DNA of 63,430 nucleotides, filler included, from Corallochytrium limacisporum Hawaii (Eukaryota > Protista > Pluriformea), in the NCBI GenBank assembly GCA_002811645.1. It is 6 parts of 6 records of this genome, joined end to end, with 100 filler letters (N's around TTAATTAATTAA, not from the genome) between each part and the next. Parts side by side here need not be neighbours in the genome. Positions count along the whole stretch, not along the records: positions 1 to 30,638 come from PDIP01000030.1; 5 more parts are not named here. One strand, 5' to 3'. How positions within the stretch are numbered: position 1 is the stretch's first letter; each line of letters opens with the position of its first letter. The notes beneath the pieces are model-generated. The model made no database searches. It worked only from the letters and a program-made list of their open reading frames with translations, and was not told the origin of the DNA. The translations under genes and the position numbers were made by a program. Shown here one piece after another: positions 1 to 10,934 of the stretch.

Positions 1-1258
1 AAGGTCCCCTTCCCCCATACAACGAGGAGAGGGAAAGCTCCATTACCGCAACGGGTAGACCCGGTCGGAGTGTCCGCGATACAGTTGAGGAAGAGGAGAA
101 AGTTGCTCGGGATCTAACAATAGAGATTCGGACACTCTCTACTTCCTAGACGGTGGACCCGGAGAGTTCTGGACACCCTGCCCTCCTTCCGTCCCAGTGG
201 CTAAACTATGGGGTCGGACTGGTTTTTTCTAGCCGTCCTTTGCACCTCCTTGGTCTCCAGATAGGGTACGTGTTCGTTCCTGGCTGTGCTAAATTTATCC
301 GCCGGATCGACAGACCGTACCCAAACCACTACCTCCTTCCCTCCCTTCCCACCTTCTATACACATACAACCGGTGACCATTCGACGAGTCTGTATATGGG
401 AACGTACTGTGCTGGAAGCCCCCCTCCCGCAAAAAAAAAAGTTCGGCACACAAGGAGTCCATCAGGAGAGAGAAGGTACTACTGCCTAGAAAGAAAACTG
501 GATGGACGAGAAAACAGGGCCGGGGCAGATTTTGCAAGGACGATCAAGGTCAAGCCACTCTCCAGCCGACAAAGTAAAACGAGCGCGGAGGCACACACAC
601 ATCTCAGCATCAGGCACAGGTACACCTCCAAATTCGCGTACGGACCCGTGCGATGTATACCCTTTCCCTCTTGTTGCCGTGCCATGCTCGACCGAAACAC
701 CGAAACTTGGTGGTAACCCTGTTCCCGTTATTCTAGCGAGGCGGGCCAATATAGCTTTCAGGAGTGGCTTGCCCCGTGGCCCATAAAATACATACAACCA
801 CCTGGGTGAAAACACTGAGCCCACCTCACCACATCCTTTTTTTTGTTTCGGTTCTGTGGTCGCAAGCGGACAGGCGGTTTATTTTTAGCACCACCCCGCT
901 CCCCGGTTTCAATGCCCACAAAGTTGTCCCGGTGTAGTGTCAATATACCGCACCCTTCTTCTGTCACTTTCAGATAGCAAGACCTCCCCAAAAACATATT
1001 TAGGCCCCCGCATGGAAATAAACTGATAACCTCATTATATGTATTAATTGCCGATGGAGCTGAAGATTGATGTACTGAGCCCGCCAAGATTCCGGGCGAG
1101 GCTGTCCTCGGGCACGGCATGAAGATGAGTGATTCGAACAAACGCTTGTAATCCCAAGCAAAACAAGGTTGAACTGAAAAAGTAAGTGGGTGCTAGACAC
1201 ATGCCAGAATCCATACCCAGCCGATGACTGTGTTTGACCAGAAAAGGGACAACCAGAT

Positions 1259-2548
1259 TCATTCGCTGGTCTTGTGCTTCAGGAATTCAAACATCAACGA
1301 AGCACACACGACGCAGCAGCCACCAACAATGAATTGCCAGTTCATAACGAAAGATTTGTTAAACATGACGCTGGTACCGATGGCCATGAAGACAATAGAG
1401 ATCGCAAAGGCCACCATCTTGACCATGTTGCCTTGATATTTCAGGAGCATCGCTCCGTAAATACCGGAGGCAGCGTTCATAGCTAGGGAGAATGTGAAGG
1501 CAGCAACCGCTGGCAAAGAGTCAAATCCACGGTACAGGCCCGCAAAGCCCGTGGCACTATTCTCAACAACAAACCAGATGGTGCTGATGACGAAGGCATA
1601 GACATACATTTGAACCTGCTGGCTCCAGAAGCTCTCAAAGAAGCGACGTTTCATGACACGTTCTGTGTACAAGGAGAATAGTGCACTCAACAGACCAAAC
1701 GAGAGGCCGCACAGTAGTCCTTGCCATCTGCTTATGCCACCAGTTGTGCTAGTGTACACACCGCTTGCTTTTTGGCCGTACTCTGCGATTCCCACACCGA
1801 ACGCAAGAAAGACCATGCTACAATACTGGGCCTTTGTGACTGGTAAGTGGGTGACCACTCTGTAAAAGACAGCAATCCATATGATACGGGTCTCCACCAG
1901 GAGACTCCACAGTGCCGGACTCGTGTTATGTACCCCTTGAAAGTTCAGCCAGTTGAGAACAACGTAGGACAGGGCAGGTATGGCATAGCGAATGTCCCAG
2001 CTCATGGTTCGCGCTGCCGCCGGTTTCGTATTCTCCTGGCCACCTCCAATCGGTAGCTGATCCAGGCTCGCATCGCTCTGACGTGTCCTCCTTGTCTTCC
2101 CTGGCAAGAGGGGGGCACCCTCCTCTATCGAGGCGAGGCTTGATCTGGGAAAGTCCGAGTCTGAACTTTCCTTCCAAGAACTTAAGGAGAATAGTCCTAT
2201 GGAAATTACGAGCTTCATTGCTATGATCATAAGAGTCAGCAGGGAAGCCTCGAACGGATACACCCCGCCGTTCCATGAGGTGGTTCCTTTGGTAGCTAGT
2301 TGTTTGGTAACGACAATGATGACAAAGCCGAAAATGGTCAGCGCATGGGAAAAATGGCTATTGAACTTTTCCGTTACCCTAATGATCTCAGAGGTATCCA
2401 ACACGGAGAGGGGAGAGTGCTGCCGTTCATGCTGCTCACTAGTTCCAACGAACGTGGTCTCCTCTGTGGTCGCGCAATCGGCGACCTCAAAGTCCTGCTC
2501 AGCCTTCATTTTGAGCATTTTCTCATCGGTACCCATCTTCTTCCACAT
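1259..2548 (-). CDS. Nucleotide-sugar transporter, SLC35A-like (CMP-sialic acid/UDP-galactose transporter family)
   Basis: 429-aa intronless ORF with many hydrophobic helices. YAIPALSYVVLNWLNF, LYTERVMK...FWSQQVQMY and LLKYQGNMVK resemble SLC35A motifs (VPSLIYTLQNNL, YFEKILK...W..N.QL, VKYADNILK). Substrate cannot be assigned. Confidence 0.85.
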   Translation of the reverse strand: MWKKMGTDEKMLKMKAEQDFEVADCATTEETTFVGTSEQHERQHSPLSVLDTSEIIRVTEKFNSHFSHALTIFGFVIIVVTKQLATKGTTSWNGGVYPFEASLLTLMIIAMKLVISIGLFSLSSWKESSDSDFPRSSLASIEEGAPLLPGKTRRTRQSDASLDQLPIGGGQENTKPAAARTMSWDIRYAIPALSYVVLNWLNFQGVHNTSPALWSLLVETRIIWIAVFYRVVTHLPVTKAQYCSMVFLAFGVGIAEYGQKASGVYTSTTGGISRWQGLLCGLSFGLLSALFSLYTERVMKRRFFESFWSQQVQMYVYAFVISTIWFVVENSATGFAGLYRGFDSLPAVAAFTFSLAMNAASGIYGAMLLKYQGNMVKMVAFAISIVFMAIGTSVMFNKSFVMNWQFIVGGCCVVCASLMFEFLKHKTSE

Positions 2549-3805
2549 TGGGTGGAAACCCGGTCCTATGAAGGGCTACCATGATACAATATCTCACATC
2601 TCTAGTCTTAGACGCGACGTGCACTCTTGAAGAGATCCTTCAAGTACATGCACATGTTCCCCCTGGCCTTTGTCGAAACATATTTGGCTCATGGAGCTCA
2701 ATCTGGGTAAGATCGCAAGTCAATCGAAAGCTCAAGAAGTCATTTCTAGAGACCAAGCAGGTTCATCGAGTAACTGAAGCCATCACCCTCTTAGTAGAGC
2801 AAACGGACACTGCCAACGACGGCAATGGCAAGGTCCTTGTCCACCATCATCCGCCCCCCCTGGGCGATTTGGTTTCGATGTGTGAATTTCAATAGAGTTT
2901 GTACTGGTTTTGTAAGAGGCATTCCTTTACTCACTCTCAAATTTCCTAGCGACCTTTAGGGCACTCCCTCTCCACCGGTTGCCAGATGAAAAGCCTGGTA
3001 CACGTACAAATCATAACTTTTATCTCATACAGTTCTCATACACACAACAATCATTGGCAATCGCAGAGACACGTACCAGGGGTACAATTTTTGGCTCCCC
3101 TCCCCGCTTGTGCAGCCCTTTCCCCTTCGTTCGTAAATTGATGGGTACCGAGATACCAACCAGATAAGACGATGAGCGTATTATACCAGTACCTTACTGT
3201 GTCCATATGCCATCGTCGTACGTCCACTGTCCTTCGTTTCCTCGCTTCGGCGCCTGCCGCGCTCGCTGTGTGTATATTTTGCTGAGGAAAATGCCTTCCC
3301 ATCCCTAGAAAGTTACGCGTGTGCGACCACCAAACCAGGTGTCGGTCCACAAACATGATCCCCTGCAAGTGTCCTCACCAGGGGGCTTTACACCAGGCTT
3401 CCTTGCCTTGCCATGCCTTTCATGAGTTGCGCGATCGCTTGTACTCATCCTACTGCGGTCCAACCGCCCAAACCGAGCAATGCACTTAGGGAAACGTAGA
3501 ATAAGCCTGGGCCACTTGGGCAATGGGACTAGAATGAATCTGAATATACTATAGGTCAGTCTATGATTTTTATCACTTCGTCCCTCTATCTCTCTGGATG
3601 ATATTTGGGGGGGGGGAGGCAGGAGGAGGGGAAATACACCGGAACTGTATGTCCCATTGTGAAACTCATCGTCTTCGGCACACATTCTTGCGATAGAACA
3701 TACCCTGCTGCCACCGAGGTATGGACTGCTTATGCAACACTTCCGTTGTAAGGGGGTCGGGGGATTTTGGATTTTGATAAGCCGTACGGGTTACGAAGAG
3801 AAGGG

Positions 3806-4022
3806 NNNNNNNNNNNNNNNNNNNNNNNNNNNNNNNNNNNNNNNNNNNNNNNNNNNNNNNNNNNNNNNNNNNNNNNNNNNNNNNNNNNNNNNNNNNNNNN
3901 NNNNNNNNNNNNNNNNNNNNNNNNNNNNNNNNNNNNNNNNNNNNNNNNNNNNNNNNNNNNNNNNNNNNNNNNNNNNNNNNNNNNNNNNNNNNNNNNNNNN
4001 NNNNNNNNNNNNNNNNNNNNNN
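3806..4022. other. Assembly gap (N run) flanked by G-rich tracts
   Basis: Run of N in the sequence. Confidence 0.99.
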
Positions 4023-4825
4023 GGGGGGGAGCGGAGGTGCATTATCAAATACTGGATGTATTGAGATGCTGCTCGGTGGTGGACTAGACAACTACCGATA
4101 AATAGCCGATGCATTAAACAATTGTCGATTTGAAGCCGAGGCGCTCCCGGGAATTAGGTCAGATACGACAAAAATGTGAGGGAACAGTGGGGAAACGGAA
4201 GAATCGCCGCCTGGAAACAAAGGAATTGCCTGTGACGAGCGTTTATGGCCCTGTGGCACCGATTGGAATGCCCCCACTCCTGCGCTCTAAGGTTGGTGCG
4301 CTGGGGATTTCCAGGACCTCGTTCCCAAAATGAGCAAGAGTATTGAACGATTTGCTTAGGAATATCGAGCCCTTCATGGAACCCCCAAAGCGGACGCCGG
4401 TTGTAAAGACTTGAGGAGAGGAAACGTGTGCTCGGCAATTTTCCTGTCCAAAGTAGCCATAGTTCGAGTACGGAGTTCGTGCTGGTGTGTTCGGTTAGCT
4501 CGCTATGCAACCATTTAAGCCAGTCCGGAGGGTGGCCGCGACCAAGAAGAGAACAAAGGGGGAAATCAATCCTCACCAACGTCAATTCATTCAGTGTGTG
4601 TGGTATTGCATACTGGGACGTACTATTATCACCAGCGATATTTCAGCGGAGGACGGTACGTGAACGTCCCATTGTCATGAGGCGTTAACTTAAGATATGC
4701 ACAATGGAACAATGATTCGTGTATTGGGAGAAGTAGTCTACGTGATGTGGACCAGGTTAGGTGACCACACACTTTGCAAGACAACGTATACGATGACCGC
4801 ACCCATCGGTGCGTTCTAATAGCAC

Positions 4826-5803
4826 TTAGGAACGATTGCCATTCAGTAGGGGCTGACGTTCGCCTTCCTGTGACTTAGTCTCAAGACACAGACCAATTGT
4901 GTATCGGTAGCTGAGTTCTAGGATAGTGGTGATGATGTCCCCGAGCTTGGCCCTGCGCTTGCTCAAGAGCTCGTGGCGCACCCGACCTCCTTGGATAAGT
5001 GTGGTGTAGAGCAGGAGCAGAGTGATCACCTGTCCCAGCATGCCAGTACATCCGATGAAGTAGATGATGACAATTTGGTACTTGGCAGCCACCTCCGGGC
5101 TGGTTCCACCAAGAATTTGACCGGTCATCATGCCAGGAATGCTCACCAGACCAATCACGTACATCGAGTTCAATGTTGGAGTCATACCGGTCACGAGGGC
5201 ATCAATCATAAGAGGGCGGTATGCCTCCCAGCAGGTGGCTCCCATGGCCAATCGGTACTCAATGAGCTGGCGACGCTCACCGAGGATAGAAAGGACCTCA
5301 GACAGCGCGAGCGAAACGCCAGTCAGAACATTTCCAAGGAGCATGCCCAACAGGGGAATGAAATGCTGCGGATCCCAGAATGGATTGGCCTTGACGACCA
5401 GCAGGGTTGCCATACAGCACAGCAGCAGACTCGGGATAGCAATAGCAAACAGGATATGTGAAAACATCAGCGCATATGACCACTTTGGACGGGCATATGC
5501 CTCACGGGCCGCCAGAACGACAATGGCCAAGGACAGCAGCATTACAGCCCACCACCGCGGAGTCGTGAAGACTGGAGTGAGGATGTAACCCAGAGCGGTC
5601 AGCTGCAGTGCAGCACGTACGGTTCCGATGGTCATCTTCTTCTCAAAGCCCAAACCCAGCAACCAGGAGACCATAACTGTAAACACCATCACCGACAAAG
5701 CAATCAACATTCCCAGCCAAGAAATGTCTTCGCTGCCGTGATGATCACGAGGATCTCCCTTTTCGGTCACGAAGACCGCCAAAGTGTCAATAAAGTCCAA
5801 CAT
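4826..5803 (-). CDS. UPF0014-family ABC transporter permease (FetB/YbbM, plant STAR2/ALS3-like), paralogue 1
   Basis: 325 aa, multi-TM. Family motifs RAALQLTALGYIL, FIPLLGMLLGN, IEYRLAMGAT and GLVSIPGMMTGQILGGTSPEVAAKYQI. ATG lies in a C/A-rich context (ACAACCATAATG). Confidence 0.92.
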   Translation of the reverse strand: MLDFIDTLAVFVTEKGDPRDHHGSEDISWLGMLIALSVMVFTVMVSWLLGLGFEKKMTIGTVRAALQLTALGYILTPVFTTPRWWAVMLLSLAIVVLAAREAYARPKWSYALMFSHILFAIAIPSLLLCCMATLLVVKANPFWDPQHFIPLLGMLLGNVLTGVSLALSEVLSILGERRQLIEYRLAMGATCWEAYRPLMIDALVTGMTPTLNSMYVIGLVSIPGMMTGQILGGTSPEVAAKYQIVIIYFIGCTGMLGQVITLLLLYTTLIQGGRVRHELLSKRRAKLGDIITTILELSYRYTIGLCLETKSQEGERQPLLNGNRS

Positions 5804-5840
5804 TATGGTTGTGCTTCTATCTTCGATGAACAGATGCGCT

Positions 5841-6620
5841 TTACAAGCCTACGCGGAAGTCTGCAAGTTCGATCCTTCGCTTAGAAACACGCTGTTTCTG
5901 ATCTTCGCTGTGCGATACCCACAGGCAGACGGCTCCACTATCAGCAAAGGCTTTCTCGACAAGCAACGTAGACTCCTGATCTAACGCACTGGTTGGTTCG
6001 TCCAATAGATAAACGTCTGCACAGAGAGCCAGGCTCAGCGACAGACTTACGCGTTGACGTTCGCCACCGGACAAGCTCTGCCAGGTCTGATCGAAAGAAC
6101 TGGCCGGGAGGTTAAACTTTTGGCAAATTACAGCGGGATCACCGAGTTCTCCGCCTTTGGCTCTGGGCTTCTGGCGTTTAAACTTGCAGACCGACAGCCA
6201 AAAGTCGTTCGGGGTACCAGGGAACACGGGAGTCTCTTGGGCAATGTAAACTACGCGACTCCTCCAAATATCTACGCCAAGGTCACGCGGGTTCTGGCCT
6301 TCTAGGTATGCACCGCCTTCTGAAAAAGGATCTAGACCTGCTATACAGCGCAACAATTGGCTTTTACCAGCACCGGAGGGACCAGAAATGGCCACTGAAT
6401 CACCACGACTGAGTTCAAAGGAGAGTTTTCTCCACAAAGTTCTCGTCTCTTTGCTTGCCTTCCCTCCGTCGATGACTGGGACCTCTCTGGCAGCAGACTC
6501 CACGGAGAAGAAGACAGGCTTATCCTCTGCTCCGTTCGGACCAGACATGTGTACAGCAAAACTTTGACTGTAAGTTCGGGTGCGAGGAAGCTTACCACGT
6601 TTGCTCATCAAGGCTGTCAT
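5841..6620 (-). CDS. Stand-alone ABC ATP-binding subunit (FetA/YbbL, plant STAR1-like)
   Basis: 259 aa with Walker A GPSGAGKS, Q-loop YIAQE, signature LSGGERQR, Walker B YLLDEPTSALD and H-switch WVSH. No TM domain. Adjacent to the UPF0014 permease. Confidence 0.9.
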   Translation of the reverse strand: MTALMSKRGKLPRTRTYSQSFAVHMSGPNGAEDKPVFFSVESAAREVPVIDGGKASKETRTLWRKLSFELSRGDSVAISGPSGAGKSQLLRCIAGLDPFSEGGAYLEGQNPRDLGVDIWRSRVVYIAQETPVFPGTPNDFWLSVCKFKRQKPRAKGGELGDPAVICQKFNLPASSFDQTWQSLSGGERQRVSLSLSLALCADVYLLDEPTSALDQESTLLVEKAFADSGAVCLWVSHSEDQKQRVSKRRIELADFRVGL

Positions 6621-8298
6621 TGATGTTAAATACCACTACCGTATCAGGGTGCCTCAACTGTTCCAAGATCATGCATTGACACGTTCGTTCGTGAGCACTA
6701 AACCCGTGTCGTTTGAACCGGATTGGGAGTTTCGTTTACTGTTTGGTCGGTCAAAGTGCGACCTCCCCTTGCTGAGGAGGAGGGCGGTTCTTCCTAACTG
6801 TGCTCACACCAAACAGCCCAACGGTTTCGTGTCCCGCTTTGTTTTGAAGGGTGCGGTTGTTGTTGGGAGGTGGGGGAGCTTCGGGAGGGGGCCGGGGGGC
6901 GGCGTATGGAAACACGCAAACTCTCCCCGTCCCCAATCACCAATGCCCCGGGGGAAGCGGTGAGAGAGGTGGACGGGAAGGGGGGGGGTTGGACCCGCTT
7001 CGTCCTTTTGCCGTTATGCAGGAGTAAACAAGGTACGAGTACTCTGAAGACAATGCAACACTCCCACACTTACGTAACAAGAGGGCGATCCGCTTCGCAA
7101 ACAGCCGTGAGTTTGCGGGAGGCACTCATCGAAAAGTGGTGGCTGTGAATTAATGTGTACTGGCTTTCGATGGATGAGCTGCGATGACATATTTTTCATA
7201 TTTCCACGATCGAGAGCAGGAGAACTCTGGGCAAGAACTCGTCCCTGACGCTTATATAGGAATGCCATTACGGGAGGTCCACACATGCTCGAGTTGGTAT
7301 TTTTGGCCACCATCTCTATAATGTACCATTGGGCACGGATCTTGTGCACTGCCATATTGGTCCGCACAGTCTTGTGAATGAACGTTCGCGTTTGAAGAAT
7401 GGGCGCGGATGGTATAGAAGACCAATTGCCGTCAATGCACAGGGTCACAGCTATCGATAGCCCTCCTACACTACGTGCCAACTGATGATGACTTTCTAAA
7501 CGCGATGATAAGTGAGCTAATGTGGCCACGCGAAAGCACCGAAGAAAATCATTCCCCAATGCCCCCATTGATTATCTACCGAGAACAAAGGGACAAGCCT
7601 ATTCCCATCCAATTCCTCCACAGGTTGCTCAGTTGCTGCATCTGGACATGCTAATATCAATTCTACGGGCCCCTCAATCATCAGCAAATTGCTTACGCCG
7701 AGGGAACGCAGGGGGGCTGCAGTCAGCTGGTTTACCAGCGTCCGGGGGGAGGCGTTGCTGAAGCGGGTTGACGTCCCGGTTCCCCCCCTCCCTTTCCCAC
7801 TTTTTCTTTCCCTCCTCTTCACCTTCTGCCCCGTATAGTAGAGCTTGTACGTATTTTTCTATTCCTATGAAGTATGTGTATAAATCAGTTGCCAGCTGAA
7901 AGTTGAAAGTCTGCACAATTTGCAGGGCGGCTGTTGGACATCTGATGATGGAGCGGCGGAGAGGGGATGGCGGACTCTAAATGAATTGTGGAGCGACCAT
8001 CGTCAAGGTCTAGCAAGTGGGTGTGGGTGTCTCATCGGGGTTGGTATCTTCTGGTGTTTTCTCTGGCATGACCTGTGTTTCGTGTGTTGATGCAAACATG
8101 GCCCGCAATATGAGGTTTAGCGTTGTATAGAAATGCCACGTTTCCACAGTTTGGGCGGACTCAGAAGGTATGAAAAGTGACTTTGAGTCGGTGGGATGCA
8201 AAGCAAGTGGACTACATTATATCCAAACCTGGAGGAGGCAAAACTAAATAGTCGCTTAAGCAACTGCTGGCACGAGCGAACAGCACAGCACAGGTAGT

Positions 8299-9378
8299 AT
8301 GTCGTCAACGGCTGAGGCGGAGGATGTCGTTGACATATCCTACGTGGACATGCTCATCCCAATCAGCCTGATTGTGGTCAATGCGGGGTTTCACTGGTGC
8401 ATTGGATCTGGTGTGGAGCAATTGGTGCTTATTGGGGGCATTAGGGCATTTGTCCAGGTCACGGTACTGGGTTTAGTGTTAGAATACGTATTAGAAGCTG
8501 AGTATTGGTGGTTGACTATTCTGATCTCCATCGGCTTAACGCTCCTCGCAGCACGCGAAGCATGGGCAAGGCCCATGTTCTCCTATGACGGAATGTACTG
8601 GCATCAACTTGTTGCCCTGACCGCTGCGTGCTATCCCTTTACCTTCCTGGCCGTTGGAGGTATCCTTAGAGTAGAGCCAATCTATTCGCCCCGTTACTTT
8701 ATTCCGTTATTCGGTATGCTTCTCGGTGCGGGGTTGAATGGTATCAGCTTGGCCTTGTCCACCGCCCTGAGATTGATTGATTCGCAGAAGAGCAGCATAG
8801 AATATCGCTTAAGTATGGGTGCCAACCGTCGCGAGACCTTCAGGCCAGTATTCATGGAGTCCATCCGTACGGGAATGCTGCCAAGTCTGAACCAAATGAA
8901 TGTCATCGGTTTGATTAGTATTCCCGGCATGATGACTGGTCAGATTCTTGGCGGGTCCGATCCCTCGGTCGCAGGAAGGTATCAGATTATGATTACTTTC
9001 CTCATATCAATTACCATCACCACTGCTGTCTGTATCAGCATGCTCTTTGTCATGTATGAGGTCTTAGTGAAAGACAGCCAGACCGGCCTGCTGTATTTGG
9101 ATATCACCAAACTGAAGAAGCGCAAATCAAAGGCCAAGGACATTGTCATGTCTTTTTTCAGTGGCGTTGCTGTCTGTGTCAATCCTAAGAAGAAGTCTGA
9201 AGGGGGGAAGGGTTCTAAGACATTGCCGTCCACAGGAAAGAACGCGAAGCCCGCGGCTTCCAAGCAAAGTCAGATTGAGGTTATCACAGAGCAAACCGTC
9301 ATCGCAACCGATAATCCCGATAGCACCACGTCGTCGGTAGCAACGGCAGAGCCGATCATTGTCGAAGCCCGCAAGTAA
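8299..9378 (+). CDS. UPF0014-family ABC transporter permease (FetB/STAR2-like), paralogue 2
   Basis: 359 aa. RAFVQVTVLGLVL, YFIPLFGMLLG, IEYRLSMGAN and GLISIPGMMTGQILGGSDPSVAGRYQI, plus a basic/low-complexity C-terminal tail. Clearly homologous to 4826-5803. Confidence 0.92.
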   Translation: MSSTAEAEDVVDISYVDMLIPISLIVVNAGFHWCIGSGVEQLVLIGGIRAFVQVTVLGLVLEYVLEAEYWWLTILISIGLTLLAAREAWARPMFSYDGMYWHQLVALTAACYPFTFLAVGGILRVEPIYSPRYFIPLFGMLLGAGLNGISLALSTALRLIDSQKSSIEYRLSMGANRRETFRPVFMESIRTGMLPSLNQMNVIGLISIPGMMTGQILGGSDPSVAGRYQIMITFLISITITTAVCISMLFVMYEVLVKDSQTGLLYLDITKLKKRKSKAKDIVMSFFSGVAVCVNPKKKSEGGKGSKTLPSTGKNAKPAASKQSQIEVITEQTVIATDNPDSTTSSVATAEPIIVEARK

Positions 9379-9707
9379 GAAGGACAGAATTGACTAAAGG
9401 CGCGCCCGTCTTGCCTGTTAGTCAGCCGTAAAGAAGTTGATATCAAGGTACAGTGGTGGATGTAACGCCATGGAAGTACCAAGTTCATGGTTCTGTAGAA
9501 AAGATTAGATACTGATTGTATTAGAAGTCAAACTATGAAATGATTTCAGGCTATTCTGTGGTAGTGAAAATGAAGAGTGATGGACATGACTATTAGATGT
9601 CTCACACAGTTCGAGTGGCACATGACCTATTCTTTAAGACCTTTGTACCTATAGATCATGACAAGAGATCCTTTCATATAGGGATTTGTTTGTGCATTTT
9701 ACAACTA

Positions 9708-10934
9708 CTATGAGCGGAGGGTCCGCTTAACCTCGGTCTTCAGGTCGCTGATCTCGCGGTTAAGGCCACGACGGTCTGAGTTTAGGCGATCAATAATGTT
9801 CATCGCCGCATTAAGCTTCTCGCGCAGATCGTCTGTGACCTTTGTTTGTTTCTGTAGAGCATCGTCCAAAAGTGGTGGGGTCGTGGACGTCGTAGTTGCG
9901 GTACTCGCTGTGGAAGTATTTGTGGGTTTTGGAGCAGCCTCACCCGAGCCACCTTCCATCTTCAGTTGAGAGCGCAGTTCCTCGATGTAATCACCGGCTT
10001 TGTTCAGAATGCTCGCCTTACTGATGCCCTCCTCGTGACATCCAGGAACTAGTGCCTGGATACGTGCAAACCCCTTACGGATGGTGGCCCGACGCTTCTG
10101 TTCGCTTGCAATGTGTGCACGCTTGGTACGTTCAATGGCGAGGGCAATCGCAGCCGCATCCGGCTGAGCCCGTTGGCGCCTGCGTCCTCCCGCAGAGGCA
10201 GTAGATGCCCTCCGTACTCCTGTAGCTTTCCCTTTTGCAGATTCGGAATGTGAGGCAAGGGCAGGACTCTTATCGTCCTCGCTACTCACAGCCTGCGGAT
10301 CCCTATTCAGTTTGGGAGGAGGCAGGACCAAAGACGACATCGACGGAGGCCCACCCTGGGGATATGCTGGTTCACTGGCAGCGTGACTTGGTGTGTAAAC
10401 AGTAGGACTTGGAGAATACGTCGGATAGTGCCCGTGATAAGGTGGGTGTCCCGGATGGTGGGGTTTGCCGTGGTAATAAGCAAGACCATGACTAGCAGCA
10501 GCAGCCTGTGCCGCCGCAATTTCTGGAGACTGTTGGGGAGTGTATGTTCCTGTAGATCCCGTGATAGAATGGGAGGATCGCGTTGCCGCATAGGCCGCCA
10601 TGTTCGCATGGTACTCAGCAGAGCTTGGGTACAAATGAGGACTGGGATGCGGAGGATGTCCCTCTGCCGGACCGACGTATGGGCTGTGCGTGTAGTGCTT
10701 ATTCTCATTGCCCGGAGGAGATCCTTTAACCGGGGGCTGACCTGGTCTGCCTCGTGCGGACGGCGGCTCCATGGGGTCTTCCTTGGTGTCTGTCCTCTCC
10801 CCGCTGTACAAGCTGGACCTGGAAGAGGTCGACTCTTGTGCTTGTGCCAGAGGTTGTGCCCGGGCCTGTGCTTGTGCCTGGCTGTTCTTCGCTTCTTGTT
10901 CCTGGTGCAGCACGGCACTGATCAAAGTGTCCAT
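9708..10934 (-). CDS. bHLH-leucine zipper transcription factor (Mlx/Max/Mondo-like basic region)
   Basis: KRAHIASEQKRRATIRKGFARIQALVP...ISKASILNKAGDYIEEL bHLH with H-E-R residues (typical of CACGTG binders), a C-terminal coiled coil and a Q/P/H/S-rich N-terminus. Start placed at ATG 10934 (MDTL) rather than the ORF track's TTG at 10961. Confidence 0.85.
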   Translation of the reverse strand: MDTLISAVLHQEQEAKNSQAQAQARAQPLAQAQESTSSRSSLYSGERTDTKEDPMEPPSARGRPGQPPVKGSPPGNENKHYTHSPYVGPAEGHPPHPSPHLYPSSAEYHANMAAYAATRSSHSITGSTGTYTPQQSPEIAAAQAAAASHGLAYYHGKPHHPGHPPYHGHYPTYSPSPTVYTPSHAASEPAYPQGGPPSMSSLVLPPPKLNRDPQAVSSEDDKSPALASHSESAKGKATGVRRASTASAGGRRRQRAQPDAAAIALAIERTKRAHIASEQKRRATIRKGFARIQALVPGCHEEGISKASILNKAGDYIEELRSQLKMEGGSGEAAPKPTNTSTASTATTTSTTPPLLDDALQKQTKVTDDLREKLNAAMNIIDRLNSDRRGLNREISDLKTEVKRTLRS

